Positions 45,908 to 55,723 of a stretch of DNA of 64,000 nucleotides are shown here, in pieces. Within the stretch, counting starts at the first letter, position 1; each line of letters opens with the position of its first letter. The translations under genes were made by a program, and so were the position numbers. Under the pieces are notes generated by a model, which made no database searches, was not told the DNA's origin, and was given only the letters and a program-made list of their open reading frames with translations. This DNA comes from Chloroflexota bacterium (GTDB taxonomy: Bacteria > Chloroflexota > UBA11872). The DNA lies in NCBI GenBank assembly GCA_965198285.1, contig OZ240251.1, positions 3,445,752-3,509,751 of the forward strand, written 5' to 3'.

Positions 45908-48127
45908 TTGCTCAACAACCCTGACACTCAACCGGCACTCATGCGCAATCGCGCGACGACAATCTGCTGGGTCGGATTGAGCGCTCTTGCGAGCGGATGG
46001 ATCGGCGCCGTCTTGGTAGGCGGCCCGATCGGATTAGGCGCTCCTACCTTGGAAGCCCTGACTGCGGGCGGCGTGATGGCCGCGATCGTCGCGCTCCTCG
46101 CCCGGCACGCCGCGCCCGCCAGCCGGCGCATGTTCGCCACGGTGTATCTGCTGACGTCGCTGCCGCTCATCGGCGTGGCTGTCGCGATGTACTTGAGCGA
46201 CCAGTTGGTGCACCTCATGACACGGTCCAGCGCGCTGGGCTGGGTACTTGTCGCGACCTTTCCTCTGCTCGCCGCCATCGCCGCAAAGCGCACGGGAGGA
46301 TCCCAGCGGGGCGCTGACATCGCGTTTGGTTGCACCGTAGGCGTTGCGGCGGCAGCTCTGATTCACGTGGCGGCCGCCGATACCTTGACTTTCGACCTCC
46401 GTTGGGCACTAGTGGGGAGCATCGTCGGAGTTGTCGTGGTCGGCGGAATCGCGCTGGCGTTGCCACAGCCGGCACCGCGCACGCCATTGGGAACGACCTG
46501 GCGCACCGCGCCCTGCGCCGCCGCTTGGGTCATGGCAGTCATCACCGCCGTTCCTGCCGCTCCCCGACACGAACTCTCCACATCCGCCGGCGCCCAGGTT
46601 CTGGCTGTGACGATCGCTGGCGGTCTGCTGCTGACGGCATTTGCCTTTTGGTACGGAGAACGCGGTGCGACGTCCCAACCTGCGTGGGCGGTATTTCGGT
46701 TAGGGATGCACCGGTTCGCTCCAAGGATTGCCACCCTCGCGCTGTTCCTCGTCGGCGGACTCCAGGCTGCGTCGTACTCCGAGGTCACGATTGACGACCT
46801 GGGTCAGTTTTGGATAGCAGCGGACATGTTGGCGACCGAGAGGACCTTTCCGATTGGGATGCACAGGGCGGGTCTGCCGGGCCTGCCACTTCTGCTTGTT
46901 GCGGCGTTCGCCGCCCTTGGGCGGACATATCCGGCCGCATTGGCGCCGATGTTCCTCGCAAACATCCTGCTCCCATGGTTGATCTATCGGGCAGCCTTGG
47001 CAGCAGGCGCCAGTCGTCTGGCTGCGTTCGCAGTTGCTGTTCTTGCCGTCGTACTTCCGGTGATTCAAATATATAGCCTCGGCGCGGCCGATCCCGACGC
47101 AGTATTCATTGCCCTGCTCGCTGCCGCGGTCTGGGCATTTAGCCACGTACTCCGGACGCGCAGACCGCGCCAGTCAACGTTAGTACTCGGGTTTCTCGCC
47201 GGCGCGCTAGCCATTACACGCCCAGAAGGACCCCTTTACGGCGGACTATTGCTGCTCGGCACGTTGGTCGCGACTCGATCTGTATGGGCGATAGTTGGGT
47301 GCTACATAGGCAGCGCTATCGCGGCACCTGTTGTAGCACTTAGCCTAGCCAATCTCGGTAGACCTTGGCCAACATTCGGCCCTGAGCTCTCGCTCGCCAA
47401 CATTGCGGAGAACGCGAGAGTAGTTGGTGGTATCACCGCACCAAAGGTGGCACGCGTCTTACTCCTCAACGACCTAAGGTTTGCCACTCTGCTCGCAGCG
47501 GTCCTAGCTCTATCGGTCGTCGGATCAGCACACCTCGCTAAGAGTCAGCGGGCATTTATCGTCTTGCCTGTGGCCGCTGCTACGAACGTCGTCGTGAAGC
47601 TGAGCATTAGTACTTACGGGGTGCCTCTCCGCTCCGACTTCCCACCGGAATTTGTGCGGCATATTGCCTACCCGATGCCGGTTTTTGCTGTGCTTATTGC
47701 GGTGGGGGTATCGGTTCTAGCCACGCTGACCACAGCTCGTGGCACAACGGTAGGCAAACTTGGTCAGTGTGTTGGGATCACAGCGGCCGTGTATCTTGTA
47801 GCTGGCAGCCTCTATATCCTTGGTACGCCCGAAGAGTTTCATCACGGAAACCAGAGCGGCAGCCTGCTCGCCGACAACATCTACGTCAACGCACCAGAAC
47901 TCTGGCTGAACCCTTTTGACCTCCCCGGCCGCGAATGGGATTTCTTCGAATACCGCGACCGACTGTTTGCCTGGTACGCGCCGTTTGACAACCACAGCGA
48001 TACGGCCGGCATGGCTTATCAGACCCTCACCGGTGCGGTGGCGGCAATGGGATTTGCTGCCTTGCTTGCGGCGGCGCCAAACCGCCGTTCATACCCGGCA
48101 CCTCGGGACGATGGCACGGAAGCCTGA
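45908..48127 (+). CDS. polytopic membrane protein, GT-C-like (putative polysaccharide glycosyltransferase/polymerase)
   Basis: 739 aa with more than 12 predicted TM helices. There is an acidic DD motif (EVTIDDLGQFW) in an early loop. The 3' half (about 47150-47900) is visibly lower in GC. Confidence 0.4.
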   Translation: MLNNPDTQPALMRNRATTICWVGLSALASGWIGAVLVGGPIGLGAPTLEALTAGGVMAAIVALLARHAAPASRRMFATVYLLTSLPLIGVAVAMYLSDQLVHLMTRSSALGWVLVATFPLLAAIAAKRTGGSQRGADIAFGCTVGVAAAALIHVAAADTLTFDLRWALVGSIVGVVVVGGIALALPQPAPRTPLGTTWRTAPCAAAWVMAVITAVPAAPRHELSTSAGAQVLAVTIAGGLLLTAFAFWYGERGATSQPAWAVFRLGMHRFAPRIATLALFLVGGLQAASYSEVTIDDLGQFWIAADMLATERTFPIGMHRAGLPGLPLLLVAAFAALGRTYPAALAPMFLANILLPWLIYRAALAAGASRLAAFAVAVLAVVLPVIQIYSLGAADPDAVFIALLAAAVWAFSHVLRTRRPRQSTLVLGFLAGALAITRPEGPLYGGLLLLGTLVATRSVWAIVGCYIGSAIAAPVVALSLANLGRPWPTFGPELSLANIAENARVVGGITAPKVARVLLLNDLRFATLLAAVLALSVVGSAHLAKSQRAFIVLPVAAATNVVVKLSISTYGVPLRSDFPPEFVRHIAYPMPVFAVLIAVGVSVLATLTTARGTTVGKLGQCVGITAAVYLVAGSLYILGTPEEFHHGNQSGSLLADNIYVNAPELWLNPFDLPGREWDFFEYRDRLFAWYAPFDNHSDTAGMAYQTLTGAVAAMGFAALLAAAPNRRSYPAPRDDGTEA

Positions 48128-48210
48128 TGGATCGCGCCATCCCCACTTAGGCAAGCTGCGTCCGCCGTGGGCTAGCGCCGCCGCCGCAGTAGGCCTGGTC
48201 GGCGCAATAG

Positions 48211-49452
48211 TTGAGGGGTCCCTGGAGTCGGCTAGTCACGCATGCGGCAAGTGCGCCGTTTCCTATTCTGAGAGCCTTGGTCAGGCTGCCTTGGCAATCT
48301 GAGGTGCCCGTGGCGCGAGTTGGGCTGAATGCGTTGGTACTGCGGACGGATTCGTCGTACCGCAATGCGGGACTGAGCCGCTATACGACGAATCTCGTAG
48401 AAGCGGTGCTGGCGCAGCCGAGCGAGCATGACTTCACGCTCTTCCTGAACGAGCAGGTGCGAGCGCTGCCGTTCAGCCCGGGGCGGCCCGTACGGGTACT
48501 GCGGACTCGGGCGCCCACGTCGCGCACGAGTATCCGGGTGCTGTGGGAGCACCTGCTGGCTCCCTGGCACATTGGCGCGGCGCGGCTGGAGGTTGTTCAC
48601 TCAATGCTGAACGTCGTCCCGCTAGCGGCCCCGACGCGCCACGTGGTGACGGTGCATGACCTGTCGTTCATGCGAACGCCGGGGGCGCACCCGACGCACC
48701 GCCGTTGGTATCTGACAGCCGCCACTTGGCTCTCGGCCCGGCGCGCGCGGACGGTGCTGGCGGACTCGCACGCGACGAAAGACGACGTGGTTGAGTTGTT
48801 GGGCGCTGACCCGGCCCGGGTACACGTGGTGTACCCGGGAAGCGAGGCGGCGTTTCATCCCCGCTCGGAAGCCCAAGTACAGGCGTTTCGGCACAACAAT
48901 GCGCTGGTTCGGCCGTTTGTTCTGTTTGTAGGCACGCTGGAGCCTCGCAAGAACGTGGATGTATTGGTGCGCGCGTTTGCCGTGGCGGCGCGGGACGGCT
49001 TTGCCGGCGACCTGGTGCTGGCCGGCGGCAGCGGCTGGGCGACCGAGGCTATCGACGCTGCGTTGGCCGACAGCCCAGTGCGCGACCGGATTCGGCGCAT
49101 CGGTTATGTTAAGCAGGAAGACCTGCCGTACTGGTACTGTGCAGCCGATCTGGTCGTGTACCCCTCCAGCTACGAGGGCTTTGGCATCCCGGTGCTGGAA
49201 GCAATGGCCAGCGGAACTCCGGTCGTCACCTCAAACCGGTCGTCGCTACCGGAAGTCGCTGGCGACGCGGCGCTAACGGTGGACCCGCGCGACATCCCGC
49301 AACTGGCAACCGCGATGACCGCAGTGCTGGCGTCGCCCGAACGGCGCGCGGCGATGCGTGAACGCGGACTGGCACAGGCCCGACGCTTTGACTGGACGGT
49401 GGCCGCCGAGCAATGTCTCAACGTTTATCAACGCGCACTCGACCTGCGCTGA
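48211..49452 (+). CDS. glycosyltransferase family 4
   Basis: The C-terminal GT4 signature EGFGIPVLEAMASGTPVVTSN (E-x7-E) is present. The start may be downstream of the annotated Met. Confidence 0.7.
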   Translation: MRGPWSRLVTHAASAPFPILRALVRLPWQSEVPVARVGLNALVLRTDSSYRNAGLSRYTTNLVEAVLAQPSEHDFTLFLNEQVRALPFSPGRPVRVLRTRAPTSRTSIRVLWEHLLAPWHIGAARLEVVHSMLNVVPLAAPTRHVVTVHDLSFMRTPGAHPTHRRWYLTAATWLSARRARTVLADSHATKDDVVELLGADPARVHVVYPGSEAAFHPRSEAQVQAFRHNNALVRPFVLFVGTLEPRKNVDVLVRAFAVAARDGFAGDLVLAGGSGWATEAIDAALADSPVRDRIRRIGYVKQEDLPYWYCAADLVVYPSSYEGFGIPVLEAMASGTPVVTSNRSSLPEVAGDAALTVDPRDIPQLATAMTAVLASPERRAAMRERGLAQARRFDWTVAAEQCLNVYQRALDLR

Positions 49453-49475
49453 CTTCCGAATCCGGGCCCAGGCCG

Positions 49476-50951
49476 ATGCCGGCGACGACGCCGAGCCTGC
49501 GCCCGGTGGTTCGACGACGCCATCACCACGCCGCGTGGCGTTTTCTGGCCTCACCCCGGGTGTTGGCGATTGGGGACCTGGCGTTGCTGTTTGGCGCGTT
49601 CCTGCTGGCGTATACGGCCCGCTACACGTGGCGCTTGGGTCCGGCACTGAACGAGTTTCAGTTCACGCCGCTGGACGCCTACTGGGTGGTAGCCGGGCTC
49701 TTCATTCCTGTCACCCTGCTCAGCTTCGCCGGACTGGGCCGCTACCAGCCGCGCCGCGCCAGCTCGTTGCTGGACGACATTGCCCGAATTGCGGTGGGAG
49801 CGCTGATCGGCACGGCGGCCGTAATCGTGGTGTTCTTCGTCTCACGTCCGGTTTTCTTTTCACGACTGATGTTTCTATATCTGGGCGCACTTGGCCTGGG
49901 ATTTGCCGCTCTCTGGGTGCTCGTGCGACGCCTGGGCTTGGGTCTGCTGCGCCGGGCCGGCTACGACAACCAACGCATCCTGGTGGTGGGCGGCGGCGCG
50001 GTGGCCAAGTTTCTGATGCAGCAACTCACGGCCAATCGCAGTCTGGGGAACCGGGTTATCGGCTTCTTGGACTCGAACGGCAACGGAGCGAGCGCCGCGT
50101 TCGGTCGCTTCGCGCGGCTGGGCTGCGTGGACGACCTGGCCGCGGTTATTGAAGCCGAGCAGGTGGACGCGGTCTACGCCGCCCTGCCGTCCAGCGTGCA
50201 GCACGAACTCGGCCCCGTGATCGAGCGCTGCCGTCGGGAGGGCGTGCAATTTCGGGTCGTGCCCGACCTGCTGGAGGCGCAGTTTGGGCGCATCGACATT
50301 CACCCAGTGGCCGGGATTCCGCTTGTGACACTGCGGGAACCGGAGATCACCGGGTTTCGCTACCTGCAGAAACGCGCACTGGACGTGGCGGTGAGCCTGC
50401 TGTCGCTGCTGCTGACCGCGCCGTTGTGGGTGGTAGTGGGGCTGGCCATCCGGCTGGACTCCCCTGGGCCAGTACTGTTTCGCCAGACGCGCATCGGTCG
50501 CGACGGACAGTCGTTCCGCGTGTTCAAGTTCCGGTCGATGGTGCAAGACGCGGAGGCGCGCAAGCACGAACTGTTTGAAGATGAGACGCATCCGCTGCTC
50601 TTCAAAGAAGCCGACGACGAGCGCCGCACGCGCGTGGGCCGGCTCCTGCGGCGACTGAGCGTCGACGAGCTACCGCAACTGCTGAACGTGCTGCTGGGAC
50701 ACATGAGCCTGGTTGGCCCGCGGGCGCAGGTGCCCGACGAAGTGGCTCAGTACGACACCTGGGCACGTCACCGCCTGCGCGTGTTGCCGGGATTGACTGG
50801 CCTGTGGCAAGTCAGCGGCCGCAGTGACCTGGGCTTTGACGAGATGGTAATGCTGGACACGTTTTACGTGTCCAACTGGTCCCTGGGTCTGGACCTGCGC
50901 ATCCTCCTGCAGACGATTCCGACTGTCCTGAGCGGACGTGGCGCGTATTGA
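49476..50951 (+). CDS. exopolysaccharide polyprenyl-phosphate glycosyl-1-phosphate transferase (WbaP/CpsE bacterial sugar transferase family)
   Basis: ORF 49413..50951. It has N-terminal TM helices and a central NAD-like domain. The C-terminal Bac_transf block RPGLTGLWQVSGRSDL...YVSNWSL is present. Confidence 0.75.
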   Translation: MPATTPSLRPVVRRRHHHAAWRFLASPRVLAIGDLALLFGAFLLAYTARYTWRLGPALNEFQFTPLDAYWVVAGLFIPVTLLSFAGLGRYQPRRASSLLDDIARIAVGALIGTAAVIVVFFVSRPVFFSRLMFLYLGALGLGFAALWVLVRRLGLGLLRRAGYDNQRILVVGGGAVAKFLMQQLTANRSLGNRVIGFLDSNGNGASAAFGRFARLGCVDDLAAVIEAEQVDAVYAALPSSVQHELGPVIERCRREGVQFRVVPDLLEAQFGRIDIHPVAGIPLVTLREPEITGFRYLQKRALDVAVSLLSLLLTAPLWVVVGLAIRLDSPGPVLFRQTRIGRDGQSFRVFKFRSMVQDAEARKHELFEDETHPLLFKEADDERRTRVGRLLRRLSVDELPQLLNVLLGHMSLVGPRAQVPDEVAQYDTWARHRLRVLPGLTGLWQVSGRSDLGFDEMVMLDTFYVSNWSLGLDLRILLQTIPTVLSGRGAY

Positions 50952-52089
50952 TCCAGATCTCGAAACCGTGACGCAGCCCCGCACGGCGCTGGTTCACGAC
51001 TGGCTGAACCAGCAGGGCGGGGCCGAAAACGTGCTGGCGGAAATGCACCACATGTTCCCGTCGGCTCCGGTCTACACCTCGTTCTACGAGCCTGCGCTGG
51101 TCGACCCGGCCTTTCGGCGGGTTGACATCCGCCCTACCTGGCTTCAGCGATTGCCGTTGTGGCGAACCAACCACCAGGCGCTCCTCCCGTTCTACCCGCT
51201 CGCATTCGGCACCCTGCGGATTCCCGACGCGGATCTCGTACTCAGCAACTGCAGCGCATTCTGCAAGGGCGTGGGTACGACGCCCGGCGCGGTGCACGTG
51301 TGCTATTGCCTCACACCAACACGCTTCTTGTGGATGCCCGACACCTATCTGGCCGGCGAACGGGCGCCCGTCTGGTCACGCCTGCTGCTGCCGCCGTTGC
51401 TGGCCTGGGCGCGCCGCTGGGACCGCCGGGCGGCGCGACGTGTCACGAAGTTCCTCGCCATTTCGACGGCCGTGGCCGAGCGCATCCGGCACTTCTACGG
51501 CCGTTCGTCCCGCGTCGTGCACCCGCCCGTGGACTTGGACCGCTTCCGACCGACGACCGAGGTTCACGACGCGTTCCTGATCGTGTCGCGCCTCATTCCC
51601 TACAAGCGAATCGATCTGGCGGTTCGCACGTGCACCGAGCTGGGCCTGCCGCTGCGAATCGTGGGGGCCGGACGCGCCGAAGCCGACCTGCGGGCGCTAG
51701 CGGGGCCAACGATCAGGTTTCTTGGTAGGCTGCCCGACCGCGACGTGAGCGAGGAAATGGCCCGCTGCCGGGCGTTTCTGTTCCCGGGTGACGAGGACTT
51801 CGGCATCACACCGGTGGAAGCCCAAGCGGCCGGCCGGCCCGTCGTGGCCTACGGCTCAGGCGGGGCGCTGGATACGGTGATCGACGGCACAACAGGCATT
51901 CTCTTTGGCGAGCAGACTGTCGCCTCGCTTGGCGCCGCACTACGGAGGGTGCAGACCACGACCTTCGATACGGACGCTCTTGTGGCCAACGCCGGCCGAT
52001 TTAGCCGCGAGAACTTTCGGCGCGCCTTGCTGGAGGCGATCAACGACTGCCTGCGCGCACACGGCCGACCACCGGTCTCGGCAGCCTGA
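50938..52089 (+). CDS. glycosyltransferase family 4
   Basis: The N-terminus ALVHDWLNQQGGAENVL matches the GT4 N-domain, and the C-terminus has FPGDEDFGITPVEAQAAGRPVVA (E-x7-E). Confidence 0.65.
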   Translation: MARIDPDLETVTQPRTALVHDWLNQQGGAENVLAEMHHMFPSAPVYTSFYEPALVDPAFRRVDIRPTWLQRLPLWRTNHQALLPFYPLAFGTLRIPDADLVLSNCSAFCKGVGTTPGAVHVCYCLTPTRFLWMPDTYLAGERAPVWSRLLLPPLLAWARRWDRRAARRVTKFLAISTAVAERIRHFYGRSSRVVHPPVDLDRFRPTTEVHDAFLIVSRLIPYKRIDLAVRTCTELGLPLRIVGAGRAEADLRALAGPTIRFLGRLPDRDVSEEMARCRAFLFPGDEDFGITPVEAQAAGRPVVAYGSGGALDTVIDGTTGILFGEQTVASLGAALRRVQTTTFDTDALVANAGRFSRENFRRALLEAINDCLRAHGRPPVSAA

Positions 52090-52757
52090 TGTCGGCGGAA
52101 AGGGTCGGTCGGATTCTGGGCCGTTGGTGGTGGTTCATCGCCGCCGTGACGGTCGCCACACTGGTGGGGTCGCTTTTCTGGCAAGCCTACGGTCCGGTGA
52201 ACTACGAGGCTGAAGCCGAGTTGCTGCTGGTGCTGGAACTGCCACCGGACAGCGAGGACCGCCAGTTCGGGATCGAGAACAGCCGGGCGCAAGCCTCGTC
52301 AGTCGTGATTGAGGATCTCGTCCGGCTGGCGCGAGGTCGCAGCCTGCTGCGCGAGGTCGTGGAGGCCGTGGCCGAGGATGGCGTCGCGGTTGATCTGGAA
52401 GTACTGGCCAGGACGATTGACGTATTCCCGCTGGCGCGCGGACTTCGGATCGAACTGAGTTGGGGGGATCGGCATGCTCAGACGATCATCGACGCCGCAG
52501 TCGAACTATTGGTAGAAGATCAGACCCGGCTGTACCCCAGCCTGAGTGAACTGGGAACGCTGCGCCTGATCGATAAGACGGACGAAGCCAGCCGGCCGCG
52601 CCTGGTGCTGGTTGTCCTAAATGCCGCCCTGGCGACGCTGACGGCGGTGTTGGCAGCGGTGTTGATCGTGCTGGTGGTGGACTGGCGGGTGAATCGGTTG
52701 TTTGCGGACGATGTTCCCGACCTGCTGGACACAACGGTGATTGGAACCGTGCGGTGA
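52089..52757 (+). CDS. Wzz-like polysaccharide chain-length determinant (PCP) protein 1
   Basis: 222 aa with an N-terminal TM helix (WWWFIAAVTVATLVGSLFW), a periplasmic coiled region, and a C-terminal TM helix (LVLVVLNAALATLTAVLAAVLIVLVV). Confidence 0.5.
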   Translation: MSAERVGRILGRWWWFIAAVTVATLVGSLFWQAYGPVNYEAEAELLLVLELPPDSEDRQFGIENSRAQASSVVIEDLVRLARGRSLLREVVEAVAEDGVAVDLEVLARTIDVFPLARGLRIELSWGDRHAQTIIDAAVELLVEDQTRLYPSLSELGTLRLIDKTDEASRPRLVLVVLNAALATLTAVLAAVLIVLVVDWRVNRLFADDVPDLLDTTVIGTVR

Positions 52758-53362
52758 GCGCGCCGAACCCGTCCCCGCCAGCACAACCGCCGCTGCGCCT
52801 CTATCTGGTTGGTGGCGCGGTGGCGGCCATCGTCGCCGCCGTGATCGCGCTGGTGGTCGTGCTGGTGGCAACTCCGGTCTACCGCGCGTCGACAAACGTG
52901 TCGATCCGCCCGCGGATTGCCGACCTAGGAGCCGCCGAGGCGTCGGCGCGGCTGATTCGCAACTATGCCGCCTGGGTGGATTCGGAGGCCTACGCCGCGC
53001 GGCTGCCGGAGGCGGAGCGCGGGGGACTGTCCGACGGGGAGATCGTCCGCAATGTGCGTACGAACGGGGATGGCGACCGGCTGATGGTGACGATTCAGTC
53101 CGAAGATTCCAACGCGGCGAGGGCCGCCGCGACGGTGAACGGGCTGGCGGCGTTACTGGTAGCGGATGTTGCGACGCCTGAGCGACTCAATGATCCCGAG
53201 CGTGGACTTGAGGTGGCCGTGATCGACGCGGCGCGGCCGGCGGGGGCACCAGTGTGGCCGCGGGCCGAGGTGGCGCTGCCTATTGCCGCCGTGCTGGGCG
53301 TCGTGCTGGGCGTCGCGGCGATCTGGCTGGTCTGGCCGCTTACGCGAGTGTCCCGTGGCTGA
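52754..53362 (+). CDS. Wzz-like polysaccharide chain-length determinant (PCP) protein 2
   Basis: 202 aa with the same TM ... PVYRASTNVSIRP ... TM topology. It overlaps the previous stop by 4 nt. Confidence 0.5.
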   Translation: MSAPNPSPPAQPPLRLYLVGGAVAAIVAAVIALVVVLVATPVYRASTNVSIRPRIADLGAAEASARLIRNYAAWVDSEAYAARLPEAERGGLSDGEIVRNVRTNGDGDRLMVTIQSEDSNAARAAATVNGLAALLVADVATPERLNDPERGLEVAVIDAARPAGAPVWPRAEVALPIAAVLGVVLGVAAIWLVWPLTRVSRG

Positions 53363-53918
53363 TCCGCGGATCCTGGCGGAGCTGCCTTCCGGTGAGGCTC
53401 TGGCCGATGGCTTTGTCGAGTTGCGCGCCAACGTGCTGGTGGCGATGGGTGAACGGGCGCATGCCGTCGTTACGGTTACCAGCCCGCATACCGGGGAGCC
53501 ACGGCGGCATGTGGCGGCGCAGCTGGCGGCGGCGCTGGCACAGACAGGGCGGCGGGTGCTGCTGGTTGACGCCGATGTCGACGGCACGGTCAGCGACGGT
53601 GAGTCAGAGGCGCAAACAGTGCCTGACCGTCTTTCCGTTATGACCGCTGAGGCCGTGCGGGCTGGTGATGCGGCGCTGCTTTCGGGAACTGCCTTTCTGG
53701 ACTGGGTGCGGGCCGAGGCCGAAGAACATGATCTGGTGATTGTGGCGGGGCCGCCGTTGTTGGACGTGCCGGATGGGCGAGCACTGGCGGCGGTGGCGGA
53801 CGGCGTGCTGCTGACGGTGGTGCATGCGCGGTCCAACCGGGACGACGCGATTCGAGCGCGCGGGATCCTGCGCGAGGCCGGCGCGAACCTGCTGGGGGCA
53901 GTGGTCGTCGAAGGCTAG
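53355..53918 (+). CDS. BY-kinase-like ATPase (CpsD/CapB/Wzc C-domain-like) with degenerate Walker A
   Basis: Probable GTG start at 53355 (VADPRIL...). It has the MinD/ParA-like fold, with VTVTSPHTGEPRRHVAAQLAAALAQ in place of the P-loop GxxGxGK[ST]. The Walker B-like motif VLLVDADVDG is present, but there is no C-terminal Tyr cluster. Confidence 0.45.
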   Translation: MADPRILAELPSGEALADGFVELRANVLVAMGERAHAVVTVTSPHTGEPRRHVAAQLAAALAQTGRRVLLVDADVDGTVSDGESEAQTVPDRLSVMTAEAVRAGDAALLSGTAFLDWVRAEAEEHDLVIVAGPPLLDVPDGRALAAVADGVLLTVVHARSNRDDAIRARGILREAGANLLGAVVVEG

Positions 53919-54934
53919 TCCCGGCGGGATGGTCCCACGTTGCGTGTGGTGGGCTCGCCGGCCGCGAGGAGGCGTTGGTAGGCCTCGAACGTGGCGGTGT
54001 TCGGCCCGGTCATCAGACCCTCGGGCAGGTCGGCTTCCAGGGCGGCGACGGCGGCGTCCACCTCTGCCGGGGTTCGGAATCCGATCAGGGCGGTTGAGAT
54101 GGCCGGCTCGTCCAGGACCCAGCGCAGCGCCAGTTGCGGCGTTGTGAGGCCGACTTGCTCGGCGGCGGCGGTGACTTCGTCGACGGCCTCGAGGGTCTCG
54201 GGCAGGTAGTCGGGATGGAAGAGGGGGAGGCCGAATGCGTCGCCGGCTTTTCGCCAGTCGCCTTCTTCGAACCGGTGGTCGGGTTTGAAGGCGCCGGTGA
54301 GGACGCCGTGGGCGAGGGAGCCGTAGGCCATGACGCCGATGCCGTTGGCGGCGCAGTAGGGAATGATTTCGTCAGCGTGGCGGCGGTCCAGCATGTGGTA
54401 GCCGACCTGGTTGGCCACGATTGGCGAGACGGCGAGGGCTTCGTCCATGAGGGCGGTGGAGAAGTTGGAGACGCCGACGTGGCCGATCTTGCCCTCGGCC
54501 TTGAGGTCTTCCATGGCGCGCATGGTTTCGTCCATGGGGGTTTCGTAGTCGGGCCAGTGGATGAGGTAGACGTTGATGTGGTCGGCGCCGAGGACCTTGA
54601 GGCTGAACTCGCACTGGGCCTTGATGGTCTCGGCGCGTCCATCGCGCAGGAAGACATCGGGGTCGTCGGGACTTGGGACGATGCCGGTCTTGGTGACGAC
54701 GACGATGTCGTCCCAGTGGCCCTGGAGGGCGTTGCCCATGAGGGATTCGGAGGTGCCGAGGCCGTAGGCGACGGCGGTGTCGAAGAGGGTGACGCCGAGG
54801 TCAAGGGCGCGGCCGATGGCGGCGGTGGCCTGGTCGTTGTCGATGGAGCCGTAGCGGGCGCCGCCCATGGGCCAGCCGCCGAAGCCGAGGGCGGAAACCT
54901 CGGGGCCGGTGTCGCCGAGTTGGCGGTATTGCAT
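53915..54934 (-). CDS. aldo/keto reductase
   Basis: ORF 53915..55369, with AKR homology starting at MQYRQLGDTGPEVSALGFGGW (54934). It has the Asp-Tyr-Lys-His tetrad context and the C-terminal IPGT/ALIG blocks. The upstream 145 codons are filler. Confidence 0.75.
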   Translation of the reverse strand: MQYRQLGDTGPEVSALGFGGWPMGGARYGSIDNDQATAAIGRALDLGVTLFDTAVAYGLGTSESLMGNALQGHWDDIVVVTKTGIVPSPDDPDVFLRDGRAETIKAQCEFSLKVLGADHINVYLIHWPDYETPMDETMRAMEDLKAEGKIGHVGVSNFSTALMDEALAVSPIVANQVGYHMLDRRHADEIIPYCAANGIGVMAYGSLAHGVLTGAFKPDHRFEEGDWRKAGDAFGLPLFHPDYLPETLEAVDEVTAAAEQVGLTTPQLALRWVLDEPAISTALIGFRTPAEVDAAVAALEADLPEGLMTGPNTATFEAYQRLLAAGEPTTRNVGPSRRD

Positions 54935-55017
54935 GGTTGGGGTTCCTTGGCGGGGTGTTGCCGCACTATGGCGGGGCGGGGTTTCGGAGTCAATCGGCGA
55001 GCGGTTTGTGCGCACGT

Positions 55018-55041
55018 AAGAGTTTTTTCCAAAAAACTCTT
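55018..55041. promoter_or_regulatory. perfect 24-bp AT-rich palindrome about 85 nt upstream of the AKR start (candidate operator)
   Basis: AAGAGTTTTTT-CC-AAAAAACTCTT. It sits in an otherwise G-rich, roughly 70% GC region. Confidence 0.35.
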
Positions 55042-55723
55042 GAGGGCGGGGGGCGTCGGATTTGGGCTGAAACGGGGCGGTTGTAGGGGCGTTCTGGAGC
55101 GGCTGAGTCGGGCAGGCCGGGGTGGGGGGCACGGGCTGACGGGGCGCGGCGTCGTGCCGGAGGTGTTGGTTGCCTCCGGGCCCCGGCCGGGGACGCCAGG
55201 AAGACGGGCGGAGGGCGACGGGGCGGTCGGCCACCCGACGGCGCGACCGGTCCGGCGCCCGGGTGCCGGGATCGGGGAATCGGGGTTGCGTGGTCATGGG
55301 GCCTATGGTACTCTTTCTGAGTACCGATGGCAAGTGACAAGTGAATGGCGTGGGGCGCCGGTTTCGCACCCGACACGGGGCCGGCCCAGATTGAGGGTCC
55401 GCCGGGCTGTGGGCGATGGGCTCAGCGCGGGTAGGAGCCCGGGTTCGGTCTGTGGTGCGCCTTGATTGGGGATCGGGCGCGGCAAGAGGGCCGGATTCCC
55501 CATTCGATCAGCTCAGGGAAGGCTCTTCGAGAGGCTCAGGCCAGGCTCTCGGCTCCGCTGCGCTGCGCTCGGAGTCTTGTGTTGGCCGTCAGGGTCCGGG
55601 AGCCCGGTACAGCGACCGCATATGCTTCGGCCACGACGTTGAGCCCCGAACACGCATACTCGACCCAGGCCGGAAGGCCACCGGGAGCCGAGATCGCCTC
55701 TAGACTGGGCGTGGATCTGAACG

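Noticed and set aside
54935-55369. N-terminal 145 codons of ORF 53915..55369
   Set aside because: AKR homology begins at MQYRQLG. The upstream part is G-rich non-coding DNA containing the palindrome.
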